Shown here: positions 15,785 to 27,400 of the stretch, one piece after another
How the letters are laid out: each line of letters starts with the position of its first letter
Position numbering within the stretch: the stretch's first letter is position 1
DNA from: Candidatus Saccharimonadota bacterium
GTDB taxonomy: Bacteria; Bacteroidota; Bacteroidia; Flavobacteriales; Blattabacteriaceae
Direction: 5' to 3'
Length of the DNA: 32,000 nucleotides
NCBI RefSeq assembly: GCF_964030875.1
Contig: NZ_OZ034981.1
Span: forward strand, 1-32,000
Program-made: the position numbers and the translations under genes
Notes under the pieces: model-generated
What the model saw: only the letters and a program-made list of their open reading frames with translations
The model's database searches: none
What the model was told of the DNA's origin: nothing

Positions 15785-18196
15785 ATGAAAGTTCTCAAGT
15801 TTGGTGGAACTTCTGTTGGAAATCCTCATGCTATAGAACAAGTATGTGAGATCATAAAAAATAAGAATTTACAAGATCGTTGTGCTATAATAGTTTCTGC
15901 TGTCGGAAACACCACTGATATGCTAGTCAAATGTGGTCAACTTGCCTCTCATAAAAATGAGAAATATAGGGATTTTATTTCAGAAATAGAAATACAACAT
16001 TTGAACATTATACGAGCATTGTTTCCTTACCAAAGTCATTTGATTATAAAAAAACGTCTGAATTTTTTAGAAATTTTTTGTGACAGTATTTTTCATGTCA
16101 TGGAACTTTCAAAACGTTCCCTTGATAGGATTATGAGTTTGGGAGAGCTCATTTCTTCTTATCTTTTTTATGAAAAAATAAAGGAATACGGGTTTCAAAC
16201 AATTTGGAAAGATAGTCAAGAACTCATAGTTACTGATGAACGATATGGTTGTGCGCAGGTAGATATTATAAAGAGTTATAAAAATATTCAATCTTTTTTT
16301 TCTATAGAATCTGCTCCATATGTAATATTCCCAGGATTTATTGCATCTTCTCCTCGTAAAGAAGTTACAACGCTAGGACGTGGAGGATCAGATTATAGCG
16401 CTGCTATTATTGCAGCAGCTTTAAAAGCAGAAGTATTGGAAATATGGACTGATGTAAGCGGTATCATGACAGCTGATCCACGGATAGTTTTGCAAGCTTT
16501 TACGATTGAAAATCTGTTTTATGAAGAAGCTATAGAGCTTTCCCATTTCGGAGCTAAGGTTATTTATCCACCTACGTTACACCCAGTCATCGAAAAAAAA
16601 ATTACTATTTGGGTTCAAAATACTTTTTCGACCTCAGAAAAAGGCACAAGAATAAATAACGCCCCATGTTTTAAACATTCAGTTACAGGAATTTCAGGGA
16701 AAAAAAATCTTACAATGATCACCCTTAAAGGGATGATTAATATATTGAGTTATTTAAAACGTCTATTTACAGTTTTGTCTCGTGAAAAAATGAATGTACT
16801 CTTTTTTAGTACTTCAGAGCATTCCATTATAATGGGTATAGAAGAATATGAGGGAATGCAAATAAAAAATAGTATAAACAATGAATTTTCTCAAGAGATT
16901 GATAAGAAGTATTTATTTCCAGTATTAGTAGAGCAAGATTTATCTATTATAACTGTTATTGGAGATAATACAAAAAATATGCATCGTACTTCTGCTAGAA
17001 TGTTTATCACATTATCCAAAAACAATATTTACATACGGTATATAGCATATAATGTGACTAAAAAAAATATGTCAGCAGTCATAAAGAACAGTGATTTTAA
17101 AAAGGCATTAAATGTCCTTCATGACACTTTTTTTGAAATACCTCCTAAGCAAATCAATCTTTTTGTTGCCGGTATAGGAAAAGTAGGCCGAAAACTTTTA
17201 GAACATATTTCCATCCAAAAAACATCCCTTATAAAAGAACTTCATATTCAAGTGATGGGTCTTTGCAATAGTAAAACTATGTATTTTGAAGAGCAAGGTA
17301 TCGATGTGAAAAACTGTAAAAAAAATCTCGAATATGGTAATAGGATGATACTTCACAGATTTATTGAAAAAATTCATCTAATGAATATGCATAATAGTAT
17401 TTTTATAGATACTACCGATAGTCAAGATGTAGCGAGAACTTATGATAAGTTATTTGTAAAAGGAATTGGTGTCATTACTTGTAATAAAATCGCGTGTTCT
17501 TCTTCTTACAAAGATTATAAAAATCTTAAAAAGATAGCACGATATTTTAAAGTACCTTTTTTTTTCGAAACAAATGTAGGGGCAGGATTACCTATCATTA
17601 GTACTCTGAATGATTTATTGAATAGTGGAGATAAAATTCATTTAATAGAGGCTGTTTTGTCAGGTAGTATTAATTTTATTTTTAATCACTTCAAGTCAGG
17701 TCGTACTTTTTCAGAAACGGTTAGAGAAGCACAGAAAAGAGGATATACTGAACCTGATCCTCGCATTGATTTAAGTGGCATAGATGTAATGAGAAAAATA
17801 CTCATTTTAGTTAGAGAATGTGGAGACTCAATGGAGTTGTCCCAAATTATACAAAAACCTTTCCTCCCTGAGGAATGTGTAAAAGCTAATAACGTTGAAT
17901 CCTTTTATGAAAAACTATCCCAATATGAAAACTATTTCGTAAGACTTCGTGACGAAGCTCAAAATAAAGGGAAAAAATTCCGATTTATGGCAAAATATGA
18001 AAATGGCTACGCTTATGTGGAACTGAAATCCATCGGACCTGAACATCCTTTTTATCAATTGGAAGGGGATGATAATATTATTCTTTACAAGACACAGCGT
18101 TACTACGAACAACCCCTTATTATTAAGGGTGCCGGTGCTGGTGCTGAAGTGACTGCTGCAGGGATTTTATCAGATATAAGAAAGGCGTCTAGATAA
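15785..18196 (+). CDS. thrA: Bifunctional aspartokinase / homoserine dehydrogenase
   Basis: 803 aa. N-terminal aspartokinase motifs (MKVLKFGGTSVG, LGRGGSDYSAAIIAAAL, IWTDVSGIMTADPR) and C-terminal homoserine dehydrogenase motifs (FVAGIGKVGRKLL, GAGLPIISTL, GYTEPDPRIDLSG). Confidence 0.95.
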   Translation: MKVLKFGGTSVGNPHAIEQVCEIIKNKNLQDRCAIIVSAVGNTTDMLVKCGQLASHKNEKYRDFISEIEIQHLNIIRALFPYQSHLIIKKRLNFLEIFCDSIFHVMELSKRSLDRIMSLGELISSYLFYEKIKEYGFQTIWKDSQELIVTDERYGCAQVDIIKSYKNIQSFFSIESAPYVIFPGFIASSPRKEVTTLGRGGSDYSAAIIAAALKAEVLEIWTDVSGIMTADPRIVLQAFTIENLFYEEAIELSHFGAKVIYPPTLHPVIEKKITIWVQNTFSTSEKGTRINNAPCFKHSVTGISGKKNLTMITLKGMINILSYLKRLFTVLSREKMNVLFFSTSEHSIIMGIEEYEGMQIKNSINNEFSQEIDKKYLFPVLVEQDLSIITVIGDNTKNMHRTSARMFITLSKNNIYIRYIAYNVTKKNMSAVIKNSDFKKALNVLHDTFFEIPPKQINLFVAGIGKVGRKLLEHISIQKTSLIKELHIQVMGLCNSKTMYFEEQGIDVKNCKKNLEYGNRMILHRFIEKIHLMNMHNSIFIDTTDSQDVARTYDKLFVKGIGVITCNKIACSSSYKDYKNLKKIARYFKVPFFFETNVGAGLPIISTLNDLLNSGDKIHLIEAVLSGSINFIFNHFKSGRTFSETVREAQKRGYTEPDPRIDLSGIDVMRKILILVRECGDSMELSQIIQKPFLPEECVKANNVESFYEKLSQYENYFVRLRDEAQNKGKKFRFMAKYENGYAYVELKSIGPEHPFYQLEGDDNIILYKTQRYYEQPLIIKGAGAGAEVTAAGILSDIRKASR

Positions 18197-18199
18197 ATC

Positions 18200-19138
18200 A
18201 TGCAAAAAAATGCCATAAAAATATTTTCTCCAGCTACTATTGCTAATGTTTCTTGCGGATTCGATGTTATTGGTATGGCATTAGAAAGACCTGTTGATGA
18301 AATTATCTTAAGAAAATCATCCCAGAATGGGGTACGCATTCTTAATATACATGGAGCCATACTTTCGACACGACCTGATAAAAATGTAGTTGGGGTAGTT
18401 CTCTATACAATGTTAAATAAGTTTCCTAACATAAAATATGGGTTAGAAGTAGAAATATTTAAGAATATCCAACCTGGAAGTGGCATTGGTTCTAGTGCTG
18501 CTAGTGCAGCCGGAGCTGCAGTGGGAGCTAACCTTTTACTCGGAGATCGTTTTACCACAACTGAACTTGTCCAGATTGCCATGGAAGGAGAAAGATTCGC
18601 CAGTGGAATTGCACATGCTGATAATGTAGCGCCAGCTATCATGGGTGGATTTACTCTTGTAAGAAGTTATCATCCTCTAGATATTATTGAACTGCACGTC
18701 CCAAAAAATTTGTGGGCAACCGTACTTCATCCTCATATAGAAATTAAAACTTCTGAAGCAAGAGAAATACTTAAAAAAAAAGTACTAATGAGTGATGCTA
18801 TTAAGCAATGGGGTAATGTAGGAGCACTAATAGCAGGGCTTTATCAGGAAAATTATGAACTTATTAGCCGATCTATGGAAGATGTCATTGTAGAACCAGT
18901 ACGGTCTATACTTATTCCGTCTTTTTACAAGCTTAAAATGGAATGTAAAAAAGCAGGTGCCCTTGGAGGAAGTATTTCTGGTTCAGGTCCATCAGTATTT
19001 ATGCTAAGTTGTGGTAAAGCAAAAGCCCAATACGTAGCTAAGTGTATGGATGATATATATGCAAAATTAGGAATAGATTATACCATCTATGTTTCTCCCA
19101 TTAATTCTCAAGGAGTACAATGGGAATGGATAACATAA
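18200..19138 (+). CDS. thrB: Homoserine kinase
   Basis: 312 aa with the GHMP kinase motif PGSGIGSSAASAAGAAVGAN and an N-terminal SPATIANVSCGFD. It starts 3 nt after the thrA stop. Confidence 0.93.
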   Translation: MQKNAIKIFSPATIANVSCGFDVIGMALERPVDEIILRKSSQNGVRILNIHGAILSTRPDKNVVGVVLYTMLNKFPNIKYGLEVEIFKNIQPGSGIGSSAASAAGAAVGANLLLGDRFTTTELVQIAMEGERFASGIAHADNVAPAIMGGFTLVRSYHPLDIIELHVPKNLWATVLHPHIEIKTSEAREILKKKVLMSDAIKQWGNVGALIAGLYQENYELISRSMEDVIVEPVRSILIPSFYKLKMECKKAGALGGSISGSGPSVFMLSCGKAKAQYVAKCMDDIYAKLGIDYTIYVSPINSQGVQWEWIT

Positions 19139-19163
19139 TATTAAATAAAAATTTAAGAAAATA

Positions 19164-20477
19164 ATGTGGTTTTTTAGCCTAAAAAATTCTCAATATCGCG
19201 TAGAATTTAAAGAGGCTCTTAGTAAAGGGTTAGCTACGGATAAAGGATTATTTTTCCCGGAACAAATTCCAAAAATATCAAAAAACTTCATTAATAATAT
19301 TTCAGAGCATAATTTATATGATCTCACTTTTGAAGTGATATATCCGTACGTTACGAACACGATTACAAAAGAAGATATTAAAAAAATAATTCGTGAAACA
19401 CTTAGTTTTCCATTTCCTATTAAAGCTATAAAAAAAGATATATATGCACTTGAACTTTTTCATGGACCAACACTCTCTTTTAAAGATATAGGAGCTAAAT
19501 TCATGGCGGGTTGTATAAATTATTTTAAGATAGACCACCCTTCAAAGATTACTGTTCTAGTAGCTACTTCCGGAGATACTGGAGGAGCTGTAGCAAACGG
19601 ATTCTATAAAGTTCCTAATGTCAAAGTACTTATTCTTTATCCTTCTAAAAAAGTAAGTCCATTGCAAGAATTGCAATTAACTACTTTAGGAGAAAATGTT
19701 AGTGCGATAGAAGTCGAAGGAGATTTTGACGATTGTCAAAGTCTTGTTAAAAGCGCTTTCCTGGATGAACAATTGCAAAAAAAAATAACGCTGACTTCAG
19801 CTAACTCTATAAATATAGCAAGATGGCTACCACAGATGATTTATTATTTCATAGCCTATCGTTCATTGATCGGGGGGAAATACAATAAAAAAATTGTTTT
19901 TTCTGTTCCAAGTGGGAATTTTGGAAATTTATGTGCCGGAATGATGACTTCTAAAATGGGACTACCTATAGAACATTTTATTGCCTCTACCAATATAAAT
20001 GACACAGTCCCAAGATTTATGCATAATGGCATATATTCTCCAAGAGAATCAAAAGCTACTATTTCAAATGCTATGGACGTAGCTGATCCTAGCAACTTCG
20101 GACGGATATTGCATTTACATCCTTATTATAAGGATTTACAAAAGTATATGACAGCTTATAGTTTTTCAGACTATCAAACAATTGATAGTATACAGAAAAT
20201 ATGGAAAAATACAGGGTATATGCTAGACCCACATGGTGCCGTTGCTTATCTAGGACTAGAACAATACTTCAATAAAAAAGGTAGAGATTCTTCTACTATT
20301 GGTGTTTTTTTAGCAACAGCTCATCCAGGAAAATTTGTAACCAAGTTTCCCAAAAAATTACGTGATCATATTTGTATTCCTGATACGTTAAAAACTATGA
20401 TGAAAAAAAATAAAAAAATATATCGTATATCAAAAGATTATAGTACCTTTAAAAGTTATCTTCTTGAGAAAATATAA
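19164..20477 (+). CDS. thrC: Threonine synthase
   Basis: 437 aa with GLATDKGLFFPEQIP, the PLP-lysine region HGPTLSFKDIG, and ATSGDTGGAV. Confidence 0.93.
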   Translation: MWFFSLKNSQYRVEFKEALSKGLATDKGLFFPEQIPKISKNFINNISEHNLYDLTFEVIYPYVTNTITKEDIKKIIRETLSFPFPIKAIKKDIYALELFHGPTLSFKDIGAKFMAGCINYFKIDHPSKITVLVATSGDTGGAVANGFYKVPNVKVLILYPSKKVSPLQELQLTTLGENVSAIEVEGDFDDCQSLVKSAFLDEQLQKKITLTSANSINIARWLPQMIYYFIAYRSLIGGKYNKKIVFSVPSGNFGNLCAGMMTSKMGLPIEHFIASTNINDTVPRFMHNGIYSPRESKATISNAMDVADPSNFGRILHLHPYYKDLQKYMTAYSFSDYQTIDSIQKIWKNTGYMLDPHGAVAYLGLEQYFNKKGRDSSTIGVFLATAHPGKFVTKFPKKLRDHICIPDTLKTMMKKNKKIYRISKDYSTFKSYLLEKI

Positions 20478-20479
20478 AT

Positions 20480-23086
20480 TTAGGAATCTTTTCTAAAGAC
20501 TATACCTTTTTCTTGAAAAAAATCTAGTCGGAATGTACTTCCTTCAGGGATATTACCAGCGAGTATTTCCTTTGAAAGCTCATTCAATACTTCATGTTGA
20601 ATGATACGTTTTAAGGGACGTGCTCCAAAATAAGGATCATATCCTTTTTCACTTATATATTTGATGGCTTCATGGCTAGCATTTAGTATAATATTGTTAC
20701 GAGACAAAATTTTCGTCAGTTTTTTTAGCTGTATACTTGTAATAGCATAAATTTCTTCCTTAGTTAATGGGTTAAAAAGCACAATTTCATCAATTCGGTT
20801 AATAAATTCAGGTCGTACTACTTTTTTAAGTAGACTTAATAGTTCTTCTTTCACCGTTTTTATACTCTGACTATCAGATTGGTAGCCTATACGCTCAAAA
20901 TGGTTATGAATTAGTTCAGAACCGATGTTAGAGGTCATTATTATAAGGGAATTTTGTAAATTTACTGTACGTCCCTTATTGTCGGTGAGTCTACCGTCAT
21001 CTAGCACCTGCAATAGTATGTTGAAAACATCTAGATGAGCTTTTTCTATCTCATCAAGCAGAATAACAGAATAAGGACGGTGTCGGATGGACTCGGTCAG
21101 TTGCCCGCCTTCTTCATAACCTATATATCCTGGAGGGGTACCGATAAGTCTACTTACAGAATGTCGTTCTTGATATTCACTCATATCAATCCTAACCATA
21201 TTGGTTTCATCATTAAAAAGATATTCGGCTAGTGCTTTGGCGAGCTCGGTCTTACCTATACCGGTAGGACCTAAAAACAGAAAGGATCCTATGGGACGTT
21301 TTTCATACTGAAGTCCTGCACGTGAACGACGTATAGCATTAGAAACGGATGCTATAGCAGCATGTTGCCCAATAACCCTTTTATGTAACTCTTTTTCCAT
21401 ATTTAAAAGTTTTTCTTTTTCACTCTGCAACATACTTGTTACAGGTATTCCTGTCCATAGAGAAACTACTTCAGCTATTTCTTCACGGGTAACCTCTTCT
21501 TGAATTATTTTTTTCTCTGGACTTTTCTCCATCAGTTCTTTTTCTAGATTTTTAACTCTTTCTTCCTCTTCCTTAATCTTACCGTATCTTAATTCTGCTA
21601 CTTTTCCATAGTCTCCGTAACGTTCCGCTTGTTCAGCTGCTATTTTATAGTATTCTATACTTTCCTTAGATTTCTGAATTCCTTCTACTAGTTCTTTTTC
21701 AGATTGCCATTGTGCGTTGAGTTCCTTACGTTCTTCATTAAGCTTATTTAATTCTTTCTTAAGAAGAGCAACTTGTTTATCATCGTTTTCTCGTTTAATG
21801 GCCTCTATCTGTATCTCAAGATGCGTAATTTTCCTATCAAGAACATCAAGAGATTCAGGTTTAGAATTAATCTCCATCCTAAGTTTAGCAGCGGATTCAT
21901 CCATCAAATCTATGGCTTTGTCTGGAAGAAAACGATTACTTATATAACGTTGTGAAAGTTCAACTGCAGCGATGATTGCCTCGTCTTTTATACGGACCTT
22001 ATGATGAGACTCATATCTTTCTAGAATTCCACGAAGAATAGAAATAGCTGACTGAGTATTCGGTTCATCTACATAAACATGCTGAAATCTACGTTCTAGG
22101 GCCTGATCTTTTTCAAGATATTTCTTATACTCATTTAAGGTCGTAGCTCCTATAGCACGGAAATCACCACGAGCTAAGGCTGGTTTTAGAATATTAGCAG
22201 CATCCATAGCACCTTCCCCACCTCCCCCAGCTCCAACTAGAGTATGAATTTCATCTATGAAAAGCACGATATTACCTGCAGATTGCGTTACCTCCCTAAT
22301 CACAGATTTTAGACGTTCTTCAAATTCTCCTTTATATTTCGCTCCGGCAATTAATGCACCCAAATCTAAGGATGATATTTGTTTATCTTTCAAATTATCT
22401 GGTATATCTCCATTAATAATACGATGCACTAACCCCTCTGCAATAGCCGTTTTTCCTACTCCTGGTTCTCCAATAAGTATTGGGTTATTTTTTGTACGTC
22501 GGGAAAGGATTTGTAGCACACGACGAATTTCCTCGTCACGACCAATTACTGGATCTAGCTTTCCTTCACGAGCTAATTTATTAAGATTTTTAGAGTATTT
22601 TTCCAATGCGTTATAAGTTATATCCACTGTTTTATAACTAATAGGACCGTTATTATGACGAAGATCTGCTATAAGTTTTTCAATATCTGTTTCCTTAACT
22701 CCTTGATTTTTAAATAGTTGTGAAACAGAATCATTTGCTTGAAAAATCGCCCATAAAAGATGTTCTATAGAAACAAAACTATCTTTAGTTTGATCAGCAA
22801 GGATTTCAGCCTTATTAAGTGTTTGCAATATTTTTGGACTCATATGTTGCGCAATATTTCCAGTTATTCGTGGCAACTTGTCAAGTAGTCGATAGATTTC
22901 TTGCTCTAGGTATTTACGATTTACTTGAAGCTTTTTTAAAAAAAAGTTAGTAAAATTTTCATCTATTTCTAATATTCCCTTTAACAGATGCACGTTCTCA
23001 ATAGATTGTTGATTTAGTTCTTGGGCTATAGTTTGAGCCCTTTGCAAGGCTTCCTGTGACTTTATTGTCAATTTATTAGGATTCAT
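20480..23086 (-). CDS. clpB: ATP-dependent chaperone/disaggregase ClpB
   Basis: Two AAA+ modules ([14 protein letters not shown]; [14 protein letters not shown]), a long coiled-coil middle domain, and [12 protein letters not shown] prefer the ATG at 23086 ([14 protein letters not shown]...) over the track's TTG at 23107. Confidence 0.95.
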   Translation of the reverse strand: MNPNKLTIKSQEALQRAQTIAQELNQQSIENVHLLKGILEIDENFTNFFLKKLQVNRKYLEQEIYRLLDKLPRITGNIAQHMSPKILQTLNKAEILADQTKDSFVSIEHLLWAIFQANDSVSQLFKNQGVKETDIEKLIADLRHNNGPISYKTVDITYNALEKYSKNLNKLAREGKLDPVIGRDEEIRRVLQILSRRTKNNPILIGEPGVGKTAIAEGLVHRIINGDIPDNLKDKQISSLDLGALIAGAKYKGEFEERLKSVIREVTQSAGNIVLFIDEIHTLVGAGGGGEGAMDAANILKPALARGDFRAIGATTLNEYKKYLEKDQALERRFQHVYVDEPNTQSAISILRGILERYESHHKVRIKDEAIIAAVELSQRYISNRFLPDKAIDLMDESAAKLRMEINSKPESLDVLDRKITHLEIQIEAIKRENDDKQVALLKKELNKLNEERKELNAQWQSEKELVEGIQKSKESIEYYKIAAEQAERYGDYGKVAELRYGKIKEEEERVKNLEKELMEKSPEKKIIQEEVTREEIAEVVSLWTGIPVTSMLQSEKEKLLNMEKELHKRVIGQHAAIASVSNAIRRSRAGLQYEKRPIGSFLFLGPTGIGKTELAKALAEYLFNDETNMVRIDMSEYQERHSVSRLIGTPPGYIGYEEGGQLTESIRHRPYSVILLDEIEKAHLDVFNILLQVLDDGRLTDNKGRTVNLQNSLIIMTSNIGSELIHNHFERIGYQSDSQSIKTVKEELLSLLKKVVRPEFINRIDEIVLFNPLTKEEIYAITSIQLKKLTKILSRNNIILNASHEAIKYISEKGYDPYFGARPLKRIIQHEVLNELSKEILAGNIPEGSTFRLDFFQEKGIVFRKDS

Positions 23087-23223
23087 TCCCAGTTTCTTTG
23101 ATTTCAACAGAGTTTTATGTCTACATCTTCTTGTTTTGTCTGAGAATTATCGTAATATCTTATGCCTTACTTGGATACTTTTTCTTAAGTATATTTAAAG
23201 TCTGAAAGATATTCCATATCTAT

Positions 23224-24303
23224 ATGGTAATACAAGAACAAGTAAAAGAGATAGTTCATAGAGTAAAAGATCTTTATTATTCTCTAGAAATAGAGAAGAA
23301 ACAATTGGAAATAAGCAATGAAGAAGAAAAAACAACTTCTTATGACTTTTGGAATGATCCGATACATGCTCAACAGGTTCTGAAAAAGATCCAATATAAC
23401 AAGAAATTAGTCAAAAAATACCTCAAAGCAAAATGTGCTGCAGAAGAATTACAAGTACTTTATGATTTTTTTAAAGAAGGAGAAGCTAATGTAAAAGAAA
23501 TAGAAAAACAGGTAGAAAAAACCGAAAAAATTCTGTCGGATATAGAATATAAACATCTCCTTTCTGAGAAAGAAGACCCTTTAAGTGCAGTACTACAAAT
23601 TTCTTCTGGAGCAGGAGGTACAGAGAGTTGCGATTGGTCTTACATGCTTATGAGGATGTATTTAATGTGGGGACAAAAAAACAACTACAAAATAACAAAA
23701 ATTCACCATGTTCCAGGAGATATAGTAGGGATTAAATCAGTCACGTTAGAATTTGAAGGGGAATATGCCTTTGGTTACCTAAAAGGAGAAAACGGCGTTC
23801 ACCGGCTAGTACGGATTTCTCCTTTTGACAGTAATGCTAAAAGACATACTTCTTTTGCCTCGGTCTATGTTTATCCTCTTATAGAGAATTCTATTGAAAT
23901 AGAAGTAAAATCTTCCGATATTGTTTGGGAAACTTTCCGTTCTAGTGGAACAGGAGGACAGAATGTGAACAAAGTAGAAACAGGAGTTCGGTTGCGATAT
24001 CAAGGTCTTATAATAGAAAATACAGAATCACGTTCACAGCAAAGAAATAAAGAGAAAGCTTTACAGCTTCTAAAATCTAGGCTTTTTGAAATAGAAATGC
24101 AGAAGCGTCTCTCTAAACGAGAAGCAATAGAGACAAAGAAAAAGAAAATTAAATGGGGATCCCAAATTAGGAATTATATTATGCATCCGTATAAACTTGT
24201 AAAGGATTTACGCACGGGTTACGAAACTTCAGATGTAGATTCGGTGATGAATGGGGAATTAAATGATTTACTAAAGAAAAGTTATATGGTAAAAAATGCT
24301 TGA
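23224..24303 (+). CDS. prfB: Peptide chain release factor 2, encoded in a single frame with no programmed +1 frameshift site
   Basis: 359 aa with the SPF tripeptide (RISPFDS), specific for RF2, and GGQ (SSGTGGQNVNKVETGVR). The position of the usual CTT TGA shift site reads CTT TAT (23272-23277). Confidence 0.93.
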   Translation: MVIQEQVKEIVHRVKDLYYSLEIEKKQLEISNEEEKTTSYDFWNDPIHAQQVLKKIQYNKKLVKKYLKAKCAAEELQVLYDFFKEGEANVKEIEKQVEKTEKILSDIEYKHLLSEKEDPLSAVLQISSGAGGTESCDWSYMLMRMYLMWGQKNNYKITKIHHVPGDIVGIKSVTLEFEGEYAFGYLKGENGVHRLVRISPFDSNAKRHTSFASVYVYPLIENSIEIEVKSSDIVWETFRSSGTGGQNVNKVETGVRLRYQGLIIENTESRSQQRNKEKALQLLKSRLFEIEMQKRLSKREAIETKKKKIKWGSQIRNYIMHPYKLVKDLRTGYETSDVDSVMNGELNDLLKKSYMVKNA

Positions 24304-24319
24304 CCGCTATTGTTAGCGG
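24304..24319. terminator. Perfect 6-bp stem / 4-nt loop hairpin directly after the prfB stop; possible terminator element
   Basis: ccgcta-ttgt-tagcgg. There is no T-run on the + strand. On the - strand it is followed by tcaagcatttttta, so it could terminate secA-direction transcription. This is weak evidence. Confidence 0.3.
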
Positions 24320-24497
24320 AGGGTCTCGTGGTTGGGGCACCATAGATAACCTGTTAATCAGAGGTGTACAAGAAGATATCGCTAAGGCAGTACTAGCATA
24401 GGGTGGTAAGTAATATTACGTGGTACATAATTATGGTGCGACGGTAACACTCATTAGGTGGGTTATATCATTTATTCATAGTTAATGAATCGTAAAA

Positions 24498-27400
24498 CTA
24501 CGGTAAAGAAAAATTTGCTTGAAAAAGGAAAGAAATAGTTTCTCTATTAATCTCGTTCATAGTCTTCTGAAAGAGATTGAAAGCTTCCACTTTATAAATT
24601 AGTAAGGGGTCTTTTTGTTCATATACGGCATTTTGTACAGAATCACGTAGTTCATCTATCTCTTTGAGATGTTCTTTCCACTTCTCATCTATAAGAGATA
24701 ATACCGTTGCACGTTCACATTCACGGATGAAACTTTTTCCTTTACTTTCATAAGCTTTCTTAATATCTAAAACTGCATAAATATTCCTAACACCATCAGT
24801 AATAGGGACTTGTATTAGTTTATATTGTGCCTTATAAATATTTTCAATAATAGTAAAAAATATTGCAGCAGTATGTTCTTGTCTCAATTGAAGACTATTG
24901 AGAGCATCATGATAGAGACTATTTACAATTTCTTTTTTTTTTATAGAAGTAAAATCTTCATACTTTATCAGTGACTCTGATGCAAAATTCTGAACCCATT
25001 CATATTGTAAATGCTCAAAATGATTTAATTCTTTGTTGCTTGAAACAAGATTCTGTATAGTATAATATAGCATGGTTGCGATATCAATAGATAGACGTTC
25101 TCCTAATAAGGCATTTTTTCTTTTTCTATAGATTACTTCACGTTGTTTATTGATTACATCATCATATTCAAGTAAACGCTTTCGAAGACTAAAATTCTTT
25201 TCTTCTATTTTTTTCTGTGCTTGCTCAATTGAACGAGTAATCAATGGGTGTTGTATAATATCTCCTTCTTTATGACCCAATTTATCCATTACTTTAGCAA
25301 TACGATATGATCCAAATAAACGCATTAAATTATCTTCTAAAGAGATAAAAAATTGAGAACTTCCTGGATCTCCTTGTCGGCCAGAACGTCCACGTAACTG
25401 CTTATCTATTCTTCTAGAATCATGACATTCGGTACCTAATATAGCTAATCCACCAGCGGATTTTGCTTCAGGAGAAAGTTTAATATCAGTTCCTCTTCCA
25501 GCCATATTTGTAGCTATAGTAATTACTCCTTTATTACCGGCTTTTGCAATAATATTGGCTTCTTCTTTATGTAATTTAGCGTTCAAAACATTATGGTGGA
25601 TTTTTTTAAGCTTCAGAGTACGACTTAATAATTCTGATACCTCTATTGAAGTAGTTCCTACAAGAATCGGACGTTTTTCTTTTTGAGAAATTTTTAATAT
25701 TTCATTAATAATAGCATTATATTTTTCTCGTTTAGTTTTAAAAACAAGATTTTGATAATCTTTACGTTGGACTGGTTTATGTGGAGGTATAGTTACTACA
25801 TCAAGTTTATAAATTTGTCCAAATTCTCCAGATTCAGTTGCAGCTGTACCAGTCATTCCAGCTAATTTTTTATACATTCTAAAATAATTCTGCAAAGTAA
25901 TAGTAGCAAAAGTTTGTGTAGAGGATTCTATTTGAACGTTTTCTTTTGCTTCAAGAGCTTGATGCAATACATCAGAATAACGACGACCTTCCATAATTCG
26001 TCCAGTTTGTTCATCAATAATTTTTACACTTCCATCTAAAACAATATAATCTATATTTTTTTCAAAAAAAGTATAAGCTTTAAGTAATTGATTAAACATA
26101 TGAAGACGTTTTGATTTAAGAAAAAATTCTTTTAACAGTTCTTCTTTTTGTTTATTTTCTTTCTTTTTAGGTAATTTTTTATATTCAAGTTGAACAATAT
26201 CAGTAATAATATCTCGTACAATAAAAAAATTTGAAAGAAAATTTATTCCTTTATCCGTCAGTTCTATTGTATTATTTTTTTCGGAAATAATAAAATAAAG
26301 ATTATCATCAATTTTATGCAGATCTTTATCCTGCATATATTCAGTATTTTTAAGTAATAGACGAATGTTTTCTTCATTGATAAATTTTATTAAAGGCTTA
26401 GATTTAGGGAAGCCACGATATACTTGCAATAATTTAAATACTCCATTTTTTGGATCTCCTAATTCAATAAGTTTTTTAGCTTCATTAAATGTTTTGTTCA
26501 GTTGAATTCGTTGTTGCTGAATAATGTTTTCAACTTTTGGTTTAAGTATATTAAATTCATTATAAGTTTCTTGAGAAATTGCTCCTGATATAACTAATGG
26601 AGTCCTCGCATCATCTATTAAAACAGAATCTATTTCATCTATTATAGCATAGTTAAGTTCACGTTGAACAATTTCTTCTATAGAACAAGCTATATTATCA
26701 CGTAAATAATCAAATACAAATTCATTGCTAGTACCGTAAGTAATATCAGCAGCATAAGCTTTTCGACGCAGATATGTATTAGGAAAATAATTATTTATGC
26801 AATCTACACTTAACCCATGAAATTCCATTAGAGGAGCCATCCAAGCTGCATCTCTTTTAGCTAAATAATCACTAATTGTTACTATATGTATTCCTCTTCC
26901 TGTCAGAGAATTAAGATAAATAGGCAAAGTAGCTACTAATGTTTTACCTTCTCCTGTAGCCATTTCAGCAATTTTTCCTTGATGAAGGATCACTCCTCCT
27001 ATCAGTTGCGTATCATAATGTACCATGTCCCAGACAATAGGTTTACCATTAGCATCCCAAATATGTTTCCAAATAGCTATATTTTTTTGTAAAACGACAT
27101 ATTTTTTTTTATAGTATAAAATTTGATCAAAAGGAGTAATTTGAACATGAATTTCTACATTTTCTTTAAACCTACGTGCTGTTTCTTTAATTACCGCAAA
27201 AGCTTCTGGTAAAATTTCTAAAAGTATTTTTTCTTCAAGATTATATAATCTTTTTTTTTTGCTATCTATAATTTCATAAAGATTTTCTTTAACATCAACA
27301 TCTTTCTCTTTGTCAGCTTGTTTATGTAAAGAAATAATATTATTATAAATTTTTTTAGTCTTTTTTTTTAAGATTTTTTTAAATAAAATAGTTTTATTAC

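Noticed and set aside
18103-18642. Minus-strand ORFs 18103..18360 and 18403..18642 opposite thrA/thrB
   Set aside because: They are antisense to the Gly/Ala-rich motifs of thrA and thrB (GAGAGAEV, GSGIGSSAASAAGAA), which generates open antisense frames. There is no independent support.
22257-22616. 119-aa + strand ORF, and the smaller ORFs 21035..21232, 21717..21947 and 21773..21955, antisense to clpB
   Set aside because: They are fully embedded in the highly conserved clpB coding region. The translations are low-complexity (Ser/Arg/Leu-rich) with no recognisable motifs. These are typical shadow ORFs.
23087-23223. Sigma-32-like TTGAAA upstream of clpB in the clpB/prfB divergent spacer
   Set aside because: The gTTGAAAtc match lies only about 20 nt from the clpB ATG and has no CCCCAT-like -10 partner, so it is most likely chance in AT-rich DNA.
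24304-24497. SRP (4.5S) RNA, tmRNA, RNase P RNA, 5S or 6S RNA in the prfB-secA spacer
   Set aside because: I looked on both strands for the following and found none:
- the SRP domain IV signature (GGAA tetraloop flanked by AGCAGC-type loop)
- a tRNA-like TTCGAA/ACCA end (tmRNA)
- GAGGAAAGTCC (RNase P)
- end-to-end pairing (6S)

The partial resemblance of cagaggtgtacaagaagatatcgctaaggcag to the 4.5S core lacks the required stem complementarity. The region is kept only as an open question in the findings.
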